Below are positions 10,187 to 20,284 of a stretch of DNA of 64,000 nucleotides, one piece after another. The notes below the pieces were generated by a model that saw nothing but the letters and a program-made list of their open reading frames with translations, did no database searches and had not been told where the DNA came from. The first letter of the stretch is position 1; each line of letters starts with the position of its first letter. A program made the translations under genes and the position numbers. Origin of the DNA: Clostridia bacterium (lineage in GTDB: Bacteria; Bacillota; Clostridia; UBA1381; UBA9506); contig JAZNJS010000051.1 in NCBI GenBank assembly GCA_045578185.1, forward strand, positions 10,697-74,696, given 5' to 3'.

Positions 10187-10410
10187 AAAAATTTCCTCCG
10201 TTCAACCATTAAAACCTTTATTTTTATCCAGTCAGACACTTTCCCCCATAATACTACAAATTATATTGTACCATATTAATCAAAATTTTACAATATTATT
10301 GATTTTTTTATTTTCGTGTGCTAATATAGTATATTGGGTTTGTTTTGGGCTTAATATGCTTCACATAAACCCAGGGACATATATTTTACTTATAAAGAGA
10401 GGCTTATATC

Positions 10411-11733
10411 ATGGAAAGTAACTCACAGAAAAAAGGCGGTCTTAAAAACAACAAATGGGTAAGAGCTGCAATACCCGCACTACTTTTGCACTGCAGTATC
10501 GGTACCGTTTATTGCTGGTCAATTTTCAGTCAGGAAATCGCAAAAAGCATTGGTTTCTCACAAGGTGCAACAGAGTGGGCGTTTAGCTTTGCAATATTCT
10601 TTTTGGGAATGTCCGCCGCGTTTTTAGGCAACGTTGTTGAAAAAGACATTCACAAGTCTTCACTTATTGCTACCATCTGCTTCGCGCTCGGCATGGCGGG
10701 AACAGGCGGTTTTATTTACTACGGAACACTTCATACAGGAAGCCCTCTCGCACTTATCGGCATTTATCTGTGCTACGGTCTTATCATGGGTATCGGTCTC
10801 GGCACAGGTTATCTTTCACCGGTTAAAACCTTGATGCTGTGGTTTAAAGACAGAAAAGGTCTGGCAACAGGTCTTGCCGTTGCAGGCTTCGGTGCTGCAA
10901 AAGCAATTGCAAGTCCGATTATGCAGTGGATGCTCGAAAAGCTTGGTGAAAATAAGATTTATCTTATGTTTATCATCTTAGCTGGTGTATATTTTGTTAT
11001 GATGTTTATAGGTCATCTGCTTCTTAAAAAGCCGGACGACTGGCATGAACCGCAAAATGCTGAGGAGAAAAAGAGCATTATCTCCGTTATTAAAACAAGA
11101 CCTATTAAAAACTACATCGGTATCTGGCTTATGTTCTACTTAAACATCACCTGTGGTCTTGCTCTCATTTCCCAGGAAAAAATGATTATCAAATGTATCG
11201 GTCTTGCAGGAGCTGTAGGTATTATATCCACAGTCTCCGCAATCTTTAACGCCGGCGGAAGACTTGGTTTTTCTGCCTGGGCTGATAAGATGAAGGACAG
11301 AAACACCATATACAAAATGATTTTCGTAATATCAATTGTACTTACCGCGCTTGTTATCTTAACCGGTGGTATAGAAAAAGGTGCCCAAAGCACAATCCTC
11401 GCAATTTTGGTTTTGGTGCTTATTATGATGGTAAATGCTGGCTACGGCGGTGGTTTCTCAAACGTTCCTACCCTGCTTGCTGACCATTACGGCATGAGTA
11501 ACATAAGCGCAATTCACGGAATTACTCTTTCAGCATGGGCGTTTGCCGGTCTTTCAGGTAACCAGCTTGCAACCTGGATTGTAAATAACTTTGGTCAGAC
11601 CGTTATGGTAAACGGTATCGAAGTTAACCCAACAGGTTATCAAACCGTGCTTTACATTACACTTGCTCTCTACATAGTATCGCTCGTTCTGAGTATATTC
11701 TTTGTAAAGCCGATAGCTAAAGGCAAAAAATAA
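10411..11733 (+). CDS. MFS transporter (oxalate/formate antiporter-like family)
   Basis: A 440-aa protein with about 12 predicted TM segments and a WFKDRKGLATGLAVAGFG loop motif typical of the OFA-type MFS family. Confidence 0.7.
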   Translation: MESNSQKKGGLKNNKWVRAAIPALLLHCSIGTVYCWSIFSQEIAKSIGFSQGATEWAFSFAIFFLGMSAAFLGNVVEKDIHKSSLIATICFALGMAGTGGFIYYGTLHTGSPLALIGIYLCYGLIMGIGLGTGYLSPVKTLMLWFKDRKGLATGLAVAGFGAAKAIASPIMQWMLEKLGENKIYLMFIILAGVYFVMMFIGHLLLKKPDDWHEPQNAEEKKSIISVIKTRPIKNYIGIWLMFYLNITCGLALISQEKMIIKCIGLAGAVGIISTVSAIFNAGGRLGFSAWADKMKDRNTIYKMIFVISIVLTALVILTGGIEKGAQSTILAILVLVLIMMVNAGYGGGFSNVPTLLADHYGMSNISAIHGITLSAWAFAGLSGNQLATWIVNNFGQTVMVNGIEVNPTGYQTVLYITLALYIVSLVLSIFFVKPIAKGKK

Positions 11734-11747
11734 ATATTTGTTGTTTT

Positions 11748-11777
11748 GTGCCGCAACGAGCGTTGCGGCACTTTTTT
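11748..11777 (+). terminator. Rho-independent terminator
   Basis: gtgccgcaac-gagc-gttgcggcac followed by TTTTTT. Confidence 0.9.
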
Positions 11778-11855
11778 ATGCAGCTTGTTCTATTTTGCAA
11801 AACCAAATCATATATTAATATATAAAGACAAGTTTTAAAGAAAGGAATGAGCCGT

Positions 11856-13169
11856 ATGAAAGAATTTATCGTCGCCTTTAAAGGACGCTGGCAGCATTTT
11901 TTTATAAAACCCGGATACGGCCTGTGCTTAAGAGAAAAAAACGGAGTGCATTTTAACGATTTTAAAATTCTTTTAAGTGACTGTGCGGAAGATTTTTATG
12001 TTTTGCCGTTAGGCGACAGTATTCACGTTGTCTGTCAGGATACAAACGGCGCAATTTTATATCTTTACTATGACGGCTCGGTATGGAAAAAACTTATTCT
12101 TTTCTCCAGCAAAGATGCGCGCCCATATCCAAAACATTTTGCGCTTATACCAATTGGAAGTCATATAAATCTTTACTATGTGATTGAATATAAAGAAAAG
12201 TATATGCTCGTGCACCAGATTTTAAACCGCCCGGACGATGAACCGACAGTTGTTGATTATATTTCGTACTCAAAAACTCCTTTTTCTGTCTGCTGTAACC
12301 CCTCGGGCGATATTACTGTCTGCTATGCAAATACCGATGGCATCAGCGGAACACGCACATATCGTTGGTCGCAGAAAAAATATTCTCCCTTTGTAAAACT
12401 TATTGCTCCCACATCTTCAGACAATGTTACGATGTTTACAGATAATGACGGCACCGAATACTACAGCGCCATCACGAAAACAGAAAATATTCATAACCTT
12501 GTATTGATAAAACGTGAGCCTGATGGAGATTTTTGCGAGCCAAAAATTATATATCTCGACTGCGCCCTATCGCCGGGTACAACTATGTTTAAAATATCAG
12601 ACCGTCTTTACATAGAGTGGTTAGACGGCGGTAATGTGATGATGTCTTACTCTGATGACGGCGGAGAAAAGTGGAAAAAACCAATAAAATATATGCGTGG
12701 CAGCAATACCGATATTATGCTTTATCATATTATAAACGACGGCAAAATAACCTGTTGCTATGGCCTTTATGATAATTCAGGCATCAAACTTTATGATGCA
12801 GACACTTTACTGGGCTCCGAACCGCCGAGTAAAAAAACACCAAACTGGCGTGCGGAGGGTAGCGATGCAGCTGATTTTGCCAAAATTTTTGGCTACAAAA
12901 AACCATCGGCGGATTACCCCGACTATATATGCGCAGAAGAATTTTATCACGAGCTTTCCGAGGTCAAAAAAATCCTTTCAAGACAAAACGAGACCATCGC
13001 GGCGCTGATTCTTCAGCTAGAGCAGGTCAACAGAAGGCGAGAAGGTGTACCTCTTGCGCAAAACGATGCAGATATTGACCGCATTGTGACCAAAAATTTG
13101 CTCTCTGAGGAAGTTAAATCCGAAAACGCTATTTCACCAACACCAAAAATTGTGGTGACAGGAAAATAA
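11856..13169 (+). CDS. Hypothetical protein with a BNR/Asp-box-like motif
   Basis: The ORF has good coding character. One clear Asp-box (SYSDDGGEKWKKP) suggests a beta-propeller fold, and the C-terminal tail is coiled-coil-like. ATG at 11856 is better spaced from the AAAGGAA RBS than ATG at 11847. Confidence 0.5.
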   Translation: MKEFIVAFKGRWQHFFIKPGYGLCLREKNGVHFNDFKILLSDCAEDFYVLPLGDSIHVVCQDTNGAILYLYYDGSVWKKLILFSSKDARPYPKHFALIPIGSHINLYYVIEYKEKYMLVHQILNRPDDEPTVVDYISYSKTPFSVCCNPSGDITVCYANTDGISGTRTYRWSQKKYSPFVKLIAPTSSDNVTMFTDNDGTEYYSAITKTENIHNLVLIKREPDGDFCEPKIIYLDCALSPGTTMFKISDRLYIEWLDGGNVMMSYSDDGGEKWKKPIKYMRGSNTDIMLYHIINDGKITCCYGLYDNSGIKLYDADTLLGSEPPSKKTPNWRAEGSDAADFAKIFGYKKPSADYPDYICAEEFYHELSEVKKILSRQNETIAALILQLEQVNRRREGVPLAQNDADIDRIVTKNLLSEEVKSENAISPTPKIVVTGK

Positions 13170-13300
13170 ATATATGAACTCCCAAATATTTGAATAAAAT
13201 TAGAAAAAAATGAAAAAAATTAAAATAAGACTTGCTTTTTTCTCCATTATCATATAAACTATATATCATACAAGAGACAATAATTTTGTGGAGGTTATAT

Positions 13301-13858
13301 ATGATTTCAGCAGGTGAATTTAGAAACGGCATAACTTTTGAATTTGAAGGTAATGTTTATCAGGTAGTAGAGTTCCAGCATGTAAAACCGGGTAAAGGTG
13401 CAGCTTTCGTTCGTACAAAGCTTAAAAACGTTATCACCGGTGGTGTTGTTGAGAAAACTTTCCGACCGACAGAAAAATGTGCTAAAGCTCACATCGAGCG
13501 TAAGAGCATGTCTTATTCTTATAACGACGGCGATTTATACTACTTTATGGACAATGAAACATTCGATATGCTCCCGCTCTCACCCGACCAGCTCGGTGAT
13601 GCGCTTAAGTTTGTTACAGAGAATATGAATGTTACCATCCTTTCTTATAAGGGAAGCGTGTTTGGCGTTGAGCCCCCGACATTCGTTGAGCTCGTCGTAT
13701 CTGACACAGAGCCCGGATTTAAAGGTGACACCACAACAGGTGCTACAAAACCGGCTACACTTGAAACCGGTGCTTCTATCAACGTTCCTCTGTTTGTAAA
13801 CCAGGGCGATAAAATCCGTGTTGACACCAGAACCGGTGAATATATGGAGCGTGTATAA
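13301..13858 (+). CDS. efp: Elongation factor P
   Basis: [44 protein letters not shown] is near-consensus EF-P. GGAGG RBS; the track start at 13232 is spurious. Confidence 0.97.
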   Translation: MISAGEFRNGITFEFEGNVYQVVEFQHVKPGKGAAFVRTKLKNVITGGVVEKTFRPTEKCAKAHIERKSMSYSYNDGDLYYFMDNETFDMLPLSPDQLGDALKFVTENMNVTILSYKGSVFGVEPPTFVELVVSDTEPGFKGDTTTGATKPATLETGASINVPLFVNQGDKIRVDTRTGEYMERV

Positions 13859-13902
13859 AACCTAAACTCAGAAAGGAGAGGGCTCAGCGCCCGAGAACGA
13901 TT

Positions 13903-14352
13903 ATGGGATATTTAGTTGAAAGAGTTGCATATCTGCGCGGTCTTGCAGAAGGTATGAAAATCGATGAAAAAACTAACGAAGGTAAGATGATTTCAAAAAT
14001 TCTCGACGTTTTAGAAGAGCTGTCTGCCAACTTTGAGGATTTGAGCGATGAGGTTTTAGAAAATGAAGCTCGTGTTGACGAGCTTGAAGAATGCTTCGAT
14101 GAGCTTTGTGAAGAGCTTGACGAAGAATGTGGTTGTGGTTGCGAAGATGACGATGACGACTTCTTTGACGAGCTTGACGATGAGGACTTAGAAGACCTTG
14201 ATTTTTATGAAATCGTCTGCCCGCATTGCAATGAAAAGGTATATTTTGACGAGGATATGATTGACGATTCTCTCGTATGCCCCAACTGCAATGAAGAAAT
14301 TGAAATCGAGTTTGACTGTGATTGCGGTTGCGACTGTGGCTGTGAGGATTAA
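13903..14352 (+). CDS. Hyper-acidic protein with a CxxC...CxxC zinc ribbon and CGC repeats
   Basis: CPHCNEKV...CPNCNEEI ribbon, runs of D/E, and CGCGCEDDDDD and CDCGCDCGCED tails. Function unknown. Confidence 0.6.
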   Translation: MGYLVERVAYLRGLAEGMKIDEKTNEGKMISKILDVLEELSANFEDLSDEVLENEARVDELEECFDELCEELDEECGCGCEDDDDDFFDELDDEDLEDLDFYEIVCPHCNEKVYFDEDMIDDSLVCPNCNEEIEIEFDCDCGCDCGCED

Positions 14353-14368
14353 TATCTAGTACTTTTAA

Positions 14369-14400
14369 GAGCTGTTTCCGCTTAGGAAGCGGCTCTTTTT
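14369..14400 (+). terminator. Rho-independent terminator
   Basis: ccgctt-agg-aagcgg core stem with outer gag/ctc pairs, followed by TTTTT. Confidence 0.7.
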
Positions 14401-14428
14401 ATTCATTTAAAGAGTCGTGGGGGAAGTT

Positions 14429-14893
14429 ATGAAAGAGCAAACCTGCTGTTTTACCGGGCATAGACAAATTCCAAAAACAGAATATGAACGTATTTATAAG
14501 ATACTTTTTAAAGAGATAACAACTCTTGTTAAAAAAGGCATTACACGCTTTCGCTGTGGCGGTGCGCTTGGATTTGACACCGCTGCTGCTTTGGTTGTGC
14601 TGGACGTGCGAAAACTTTATCCTGACGTTTTGCTGATTATGGACATTCCATGCAAAAACCAAAACAGGTATTGGAGCGCTGAAGATAAACTAACGTATGA
14701 CTATATTTTATCTGTAGCCGACGAGGTAAACGTTCTGGCGCCCTCGTATTATAACGGATGCATGCAGTACAGAAACAGATATATGGTTGATCGTTCCTCT
14801 TACATAATTGCCTATCAGACAGAAAATGCCGGTGGCAGTGTCTATACGGTTTCCTACGCCCGTGACTCAGGACTTTGCATAATAATGCTATAA
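14429..14893 (+). CDS. SLOG-fold protein, DUF1273/YpsA family
   Basis: CCFTGHR..., then F.CGGALGFDT.AA, as in the YpsA family. ATG at 14429 follows GGGGGA. Confidence 0.8.
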   Translation: MKEQTCCFTGHRQIPKTEYERIYKILFKEITTLVKKGITRFRCGGALGFDTAAALVVLDVRKLYPDVLLIMDIPCKNQNRYWSAEDKLTYDYILSVADEVNVLAPSYYNGCMQYRNRYMVDRSSYIIAYQTENAGGSVYTVSYARDSGLCIIML

Positions 14894-14997
14894 AACCATC
14901 GGGCTTTTCCCTTTTTTCATTTTTTTCCATATACCCCTCACCACCTTTTCTTTTCATGCATAGTATGTAGCATAACAAAGAAAAGGAGGTAAGCGTT

Positions 14998-15093
14998 ATG
15001 GGATGCGATAAAGGTCTTTTTGGTTTCGGTGGTAACAACTGCCTGTGGATAATCCTCATCATTATCCTTATTTGCTGCTGCTGCGGCGACTAA
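14998..15093 (+). CDS. 31-aa Cys-rich hydrophobic peptide (absent from the ORF track)
   Basis: AAAGGAGG RBS 8 nt before the ATG. Translation is MGCDKGLFGFGGNNCLWIILIIILICCCCGD, and a hairpin follows. It resembles the small Gly/Cys-rich membrane peptides of spore formers (YjcZ-like), recalled from memory only. Confidence 0.55.
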   Translation: MGCDKGLFGFGGNNCLWIILIIILICCCCGD

Positions 15094-15130
15094 TCCTCCA
15101 CACATAAACGCACAAAAGCGCAAGTAAAAA

Positions 15131-15162
15131 CGGCTGCAGATTTTTTAAAAGGTCTGCAGCCG
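15131..15162 (+). terminator. Hairpin after the small peptide ORF
   Basis: 10-bp stem cggctgcaga / tctgcagccg; the downstream T-tract is weak. Confidence 0.5.
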
Positions 15163-15173
15163 GTATTTCAAAA

Positions 15174-15209
15174 ACAAAAAAAGCCGAAAGCAGATGCTTT
15201 CGGCTTTTT
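15174..15209. terminator. Bidirectional terminator
   Basis: 11-bp stem aagccgaaagc / gctttcggctt flanked by A7 and T5. Confidence 0.85.
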
Positions 15210-15218
15210 AATTTTAAA

Positions 15219-16301
15219 TTAGTTAACTTTTATTTTGTCAACAACTTTCTGATTAATCTGGATGTCAAAGTCAGATTTGTAAGAATCCATTAATTCATTG
15301 TATTTATCCTGCATAAGGCTGTTCTTAACATTCTGGATTGCGCTGTCATAAACCTCACCGGATGTTGGAAGTGCATAACGCTTGATGATGTGCCAGCCGT
15401 AGCTTGACTCAACAAGGTCAGTAACCTCGCCAACGCCAACAGAGAAAGAGCCCTGTGTGAACTCTGCTACCATAGTTCCTGCGCCGGTTGCCTCAGCACC
15501 AGTTTTGTCAATTACATAACCGTCAGGATTTGATTCCATTCCCGGGTCCTCGCCGTACTCTTTGATTAATGCTTCAAAGTTTGAACCGGCTTTGGCTTTT
15601 GCTAAAACCTCGTCAGCCAAAAGCTTCTGCTCTGCTTTATAAAGCTTAGCATCAGCTTCTTTTGCAGCAGGGTCAGCAGTTGCCTCTGCACTATCTGCAA
15701 CGGGAGCCTCTTCCTGTTTCTCACTCATAATTAAGATATGCTTAACTCTTGCGTAATCTTCTTTATACTTTGCATTTGCATCTGCATCTGCAACTTCAAG
15801 TTTTTCAGGCTCAGTTGCCTGGATATCCTGGGCATAAAGACTTGCAAGTGTTGTCTTTTCGAGCAATTTCTTAAGACCCTGGTCAGAAAGACCTGTCTTA
15901 TCTTTAATTGAATCAACCTGTGCTTTTGTCTGTGCATCAGTAGCTTTAACAAGCTCTTCAATCTGATTTGCAGTCACAGAATCAAGCGCTATACCTTTTT
16001 CGGTTGCCTTGCTTACGGCAATCTCTACTCGAATCATTTCTTCAATTGCACGCTCTTTTGCAACATCTGCTGCTTTTTTGCCGTCAATTTCGCCGCTCCA
16101 GAAAGTTTCAGCATCCTGAGTACCTGCTCCGGCAAGCATCTGCTCTTTAATGCTCTCGAGGTAATACTTGTACTCGCCTGCGGATACCATATTGCCGTTT
16201 ACTGTTGCGAGTTCCTTTTCAATCTGCAGTCTGCAACCCGCAAAAGACATTGCAAGTACCAATGCTAAAGCAAGAGCTATAATTTTTTTCATCTGTTTCA
16301 T
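15219..16301 (-). CDS. PpiC/parvulin-type peptidyl-prolyl isomerase lipoprotein (PrsA-like)
   Basis: Lipobox LAMSFAGC. Parvulin domain (VKHILI..., SYGWHIIKR) with a SurA-like N-terminal region. Confidence 0.8.
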   Translation of the reverse strand: MKQMKKIIALALALVLAMSFAGCRLQIEKELATVNGNMVSAGEYKYYLESIKEQMLAGAGTQDAETFWSGEIDGKKAADVAKERAIEEMIRVEIAVSKATEKGIALDSVTANQIEELVKATDAQTKAQVDSIKDKTGLSDQGLKKLLEKTTLASLYAQDIQATEPEKLEVADADANAKYKEDYARVKHILIMSEKQEEAPVADSAEATADPAAKEADAKLYKAEQKLLADEVLAKAKAGSNFEALIKEYGEDPGMESNPDGYVIDKTGAEATGAGTMVAEFTQGSFSVGVGEVTDLVESSYGWHIIKRYALPTSGEVYDSAIQNVKNSLMQDKYNELMDSYKSDFDIQINQKVVDKIKVN

Positions 16302-16356
16302 ATAAAACACTCCTCACCTATTATTTATCAAAATAACAAACACATCTAATTATACA

Positions 16357-19300
16357 CTAAATTTTTTCTGTATGCAAGTCTATATACGATTGTAACATAT
16401 TTTTAATAAGATCAAGCGGTTTAAGCTTCTCCGTTTTGTTTAAGCTCATCGTAAGATATGGTTTATTTCCCGCAGACAATAAAAGTCTGCCGTTATATTG
16501 AGATATAAGCGCCGATGCACGCTCAAAATCAATATCTTCTTTATAGTAAAACGTAACCTTATCCTCACGGCAAACTATTTCAGAAAACATTGCATTTTTC
16601 GCATATGCCTTAATGAGCGCAACATCCAAAAGCGCAGCGGTTGCCTGTGGTGGTTCGCCGAAGCGGTCAATCATCTCGTCGAGTACGTCCATAGCGTCAC
16701 GTTTGTCACAAACCGATGCAATCTTTTTATACATATCAAGCCGCATACTGTGGTTTTTGATATATTTCGGCGGGATATATGCTTCAACCGCAATGTCTAT
16801 TACAGGGGACCATTCTTCTTTTAGTGGCTTGCCCTGCAATTCGCTTACACTTTCAGCTAGAAGCTTGCAATACATATCATAGCCTACACTGTCCATATGC
16901 CCGTGCTGCTGGTCACCTAAAATATTGCCCGCTCCACGAATCTCAAGGTCTCTCATAGCAATTTTAAAGCCTGAGCCGAACTCCGTAAACTCGCGGATTG
17001 CCTGAAGCCTTTTAACCGCAATTTCATTAAGCGTTTTCATTGGCTTATATGTCAGATACGCAAAAGCACGTCTGCTAGAGCGGCCAACTCGCCCTTTAAG
17101 CTGATAAAGCTGCGACAGGCCCATACGGTCTGCATCCTCTATAATTATGGTGTTTACGTTAGGAATATCAAGTCCTGTTTCTATTATCGTCGTGCACACT
17201 AAAACATCAATTTTACCCTCGAGCATATCCATCATAATGTCCTCAAGTTCGTCCTCATCCATCTGTCCGTGCGCAAATCTGATTCGTGCGTCAGGAATCT
17301 GCTCACTTATTCTGCGGGCTGTAGCCTGAATTGAATCAACACGATTATGCAGATAATAAACCTGGCCTCCCCGTGCCAGTTCTCTCTTTATCGCCTCCGT
17401 CAGTATAGCACGGTTGTGCTCCATAACAAAAGTCTGCACAGGATAACGTTCCTCAGGAGGCTGCGAAAGTACGCTCATATCCCGTATATTTACCATAGAC
17501 ATATGGAGTGTTCTTGGAATCGGCGTTGCAGAAAGTGTCAGTACATCAACATTATTTTTTATCTCTTTAAGACGTTCTTTATGCTTAACTCCAAAACGCT
17601 GTTCCTCGTCGACAACCAAAAGTCCAAGGTCTTTAAACTCGACATCCTTACCCAGCAGTCTGTGCGTACCGATTACTATATCAGCCTCGCCGCTTTTTAA
17701 GCGTGCGAGTGTTTTTTTCTGCTCGGTAGGCGTTCTGAAGCGTGACAACATTTCAACCTTTATCGGATAATCTTTCATTCGCTGGCAAAACGTATTATAA
17801 TGCTGCATCGTAAGAACCGTGGTGGGCGCAAGATATGCCACTTGTTTCGAATCCTGAACTGCCTTAAAGGCAGCACGAAGCGCAACCTCTGTTTTGCCGT
17901 AGCCAACATCGCCGCAAAGCAGTCTGTCCATAGGACGTGAGCTTTCCATGTCCTCTTTGACCTCGGCAATACTTCGAAGCTGGTCTTCAGTTTCTTCGAA
18001 TGGAAACTTTGACTCAAACTCGCCCTGCCAAGCTGTATCCTGACTAAACTGAAATCCCTTTGCCTGCTGTCTGGCACTATAAAGACGCAAAAGCTCTTCT
18101 GCCAGTTCTTTTGTAGAGGCTTTAACTTTTGCTTTCTGGCGGGCAAACTCTGCTCCACCCATTTTATTAAGGCGCACACGCCCCTCTTTTCCGATATATT
18201 TTTGCAAAAGTTCAAGCTGGTCTGTCGGCACATACAGATAGTCTTCGCCGTTATATTTTATTTTTAAATAATCTCGCAGATAGCCGTCAACCTGCAAAGT
18301 ATCAAGTCCCACATACTCACCGATACCGTGCGTCTGGTGAACAACGTAATCACCAATGTCAAGATCCGTAAAATTCCGAATTTTACTTGCCGAATCAGTC
18401 TTGGCTTTTCGAGCACGCTTTTTAATGTGACGCCCAAAAATTTCTTCATCACTTACCAATACAAGACGAATCAGCGGATAATAAAATCCCTTTTGCAAGG
18501 TTCCCTCTGCAAGATATACTGTCCCAGGTTCAAGTTTTTCGGTACCCTCATCCTTGATTGCCGTAACAAAATCCTGCTTCTCCAGACTTTCCTTAAGGTC
18601 AGAAAGTTTTGCGTTATTTCCTGCAAGCACGACAATTCGGTAGTCTTTACCTATCCACTCATTAAGGTCTGAATAAAAGGCCTCGCGCTTGCCCGAAAAG
18701 CTATTAACGGCACCCATTGTGATGTTTACTGACGCCTTCGGTCTGTACTCCTTGCATGAATGCGGCAATGTATAAAGTCCAACAAAGCTATATTTTAAAA
18801 GTCTTTTAAGAGCGTCAGAAAAGCTATGAATATACTTTTCTTTTGCTTCTGTGATTACCTCTTTTTCAATTAACGATTTAACCGTTTCGGAAATTTCCCA
18901 CTCCAAACCCTCAGCACGCTCGCTGATTTTGTGCGGTTCATCAGCGAATATGATGGTGTTTTTAGAGATATATTCAAGCACTGATGGGTACTCGCTCGAT
19001 ATTCCGTAATTTTCATCTGCCGCACTTATTGTGACAGAATCTGCCTGAGAAACAGAAATCTGCGATATGGGGTCAAACTCACGGATTGAATCAACCTCAT
19101 CGCCGAAAAACTCAATTCTGTATGGATTATCCGCTTGCGGAGGAAAAATATCCAAAATGCCTCCGCGGATACTGAACTGACACGGTCCTTCTACTATCTC
19201 CTCACGAACAAAACCCATTTGCGTCAGTTTTTTTGCAAGCTCTGAAAGCTTATATTCCTGACCGACTGCGACAGTCATTATACTCGATATATATGCATCA

Positions 19301-19695
19301 TAATCGACCGTGAACTCTAGTAGCGCATCTACGCTCATTACAGTCAGCGTCTCTTCTTTGGCATTTACGAGTTTTTCCAAAACGGAAAGTCGCTCATTTA
19401 TATACTCATTACTTTTAGCATCAACAGAATAATATTCTATGCCTTTTGCAGGATATAAAAGGGTGTTCTCGCCATAGAAAAACGAGATGTCCTTTGCCGT
19501 TTTCTTCGCCATATATTCGCTGTCTGCAATATAAAGACCGCATTTTTTTAAATTTTTGCATAACGAAGCAGCGAGATGCGCCTTTCCCGACGCTGTCAGC
19601 CCTGACACGTTCACGGGCACCTCACCATGATTTATGTGCTCTAAAAGCACGCTGTATTCAGTTGATTCGTTTAGCAGTTCCGATAAAATTTTCAT
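16357..19695 (-). CDS. mfd: Transcription-repair coupling factor
   Basis: 1112 aa with a UvrB-homology N-terminus, an RNAP-interaction domain (GDYVVHQTHGIGEY), SF2 helicase motifs (GDVGYGKTEVA, DEEQRFG) and a TRG motif. The pth-mfd order is conserved. Confidence 0.97.
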   Translation of the reverse strand: MKILSELLNESTEYSVLLEHINHGEVPVNVSGLTASGKAHLAASLCKNLKKCGLYIADSEYMAKKTAKDISFFYGENTLLYPAKGIEYYSVDAKSNEYINERLSVLEKLVNAKEETLTVMSVDALLEFTVDYDAYISSIMTVAVGQEYKLSELAKKLTQMGFVREEIVEGPCQFSIRGGILDIFPPQADNPYRIEFFGDEVDSIREFDPISQISVSQADSVTISAADENYGISSEYPSVLEYISKNTIIFADEPHKISERAEGLEWEISETVKSLIEKEVITEAKEKYIHSFSDALKRLLKYSFVGLYTLPHSCKEYRPKASVNITMGAVNSFSGKREAFYSDLNEWIGKDYRIVVLAGNNAKLSDLKESLEKQDFVTAIKDEGTEKLEPGTVYLAEGTLQKGFYYPLIRLVLVSDEEIFGRHIKKRARKAKTDSASKIRNFTDLDIGDYVVHQTHGIGEYVGLDTLQVDGYLRDYLKIKYNGEDYLYVPTDQLELLQKYIGKEGRVRLNKMGGAEFARQKAKVKASTKELAEELLRLYSARQQAKGFQFSQDTAWQGEFESKFPFEETEDQLRSIAEVKEDMESSRPMDRLLCGDVGYGKTEVALRAAFKAVQDSKQVAYLAPTTVLTMQHYNTFCQRMKDYPIKVEMLSRFRTPTEQKKTLARLKSGEADIVIGTHRLLGKDVEFKDLGLLVVDEEQRFGVKHKERLKEIKNNVDVLTLSATPIPRTLHMSMVNIRDMSVLSQPPEERYPVQTFVMEHNRAILTEAIKRELARGGQVYYLHNRVDSIQATARRISEQIPDARIRFAHGQMDEDELEDIMMDMLEGKIDVLVCTTIIETGLDIPNVNTIIIEDADRMGLSQLYQLKGRVGRSSRRAFAYLTYKPMKTLNEIAVKRLQAIREFTEFGSGFKIAMRDLEIRGAGNILGDQQHGHMDSVGYDMYCKLLAESVSELQGKPLKEEWSPVIDIAVEAYIPPKYIKNHSMRLDMYKKIASVCDKRDAMDVLDEMIDRFGEPPQATAALLDVALIKAYAKNAMFSEIVCREDKVTFYYKEDIDFERASALISQYNGRLLLSAGNKPYLTMSLNKTEKLKPLDLIKNMLQSYIDLHTEKI

Positions 19696-19699
19696 TTTT

Positions 19700-20266
19700 T
19701 CAGCCCTTACCGTTATACCTGTTCATAGCACTTTGTGTGCCGTTTTTAATAATTTCTTTTATAATATCAGGCAGTTTTTCTACCGATTTTGCAAGCGTTT
19801 TTACCTCTTCATCAGTAAATTTTCCCGTCACATAGTCTGCCATATCCCATTTTTCGGGTGCGGCACCGATTCCTATTTTTATACGTGGGAAAACATCACT
19901 TTGTAGCTGATATATAATAGATTTTATACCGTTATGTCCGCCGTCAGAGCCTTTCGGGCGAATACGGATTCTGCCGGTATCTAAGCTCACATCATCATAA
20001 ATTACAATCACATTTTCCATAGGAATTTTGTAAAAAGAAACAATCTCTCTTAAGCTTTCACCGGTAAGATTCATATAAGTCTGCGGTTTTACCAGCATAA
20101 CCTTTTCTCCCTCGATATTTCCTTCTCCATATACCGCCTTAAACTTTACCTTGTTCAGATTAACCTTAAAATAATCTGACAGATAATCAACGCTGATAAA
20201 TCCTACATTATGTCTGGTACTTTCATACTGCTTACCTGGATTTCCCAGTCCCGCTATTAAATACAT
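19700..20266 (-). CDS. pth: Peptidyl-tRNA hydrolase
   Basis: YLIAGLGNPG..Y..TRHN.GF and GHNG motifs. ATG at 20266 follows AGGTGA. Confidence 0.95.
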   Translation of the reverse strand: MYLIAGLGNPGKQYESTRHNVGFISVDYLSDYFKVNLNKVKFKAVYGEGNIEGEKVMLVKPQTYMNLTGESLREIVSFYKIPMENVIVIYDDVSLDTGRIRIRPKGSDGGHNGIKSIIYQLQSDVFPRIKIGIGAAPEKWDMADYVTGKFTDEEVKTLAKSVEKLPDIIKEIIKNGTQSAMNRYNGKG

Positions 20267-20284
20267 CTGTTTCACCTGTTTCTT

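Noticed and set aside
14429-14893. SLOG-fold protein considered as a nucleotide-sensing defence component
   Set aside because: The sequence matches the DUF1273/YpsA cell-division-associated subfamily. There are no partner effector genes, and the context is core (efp).
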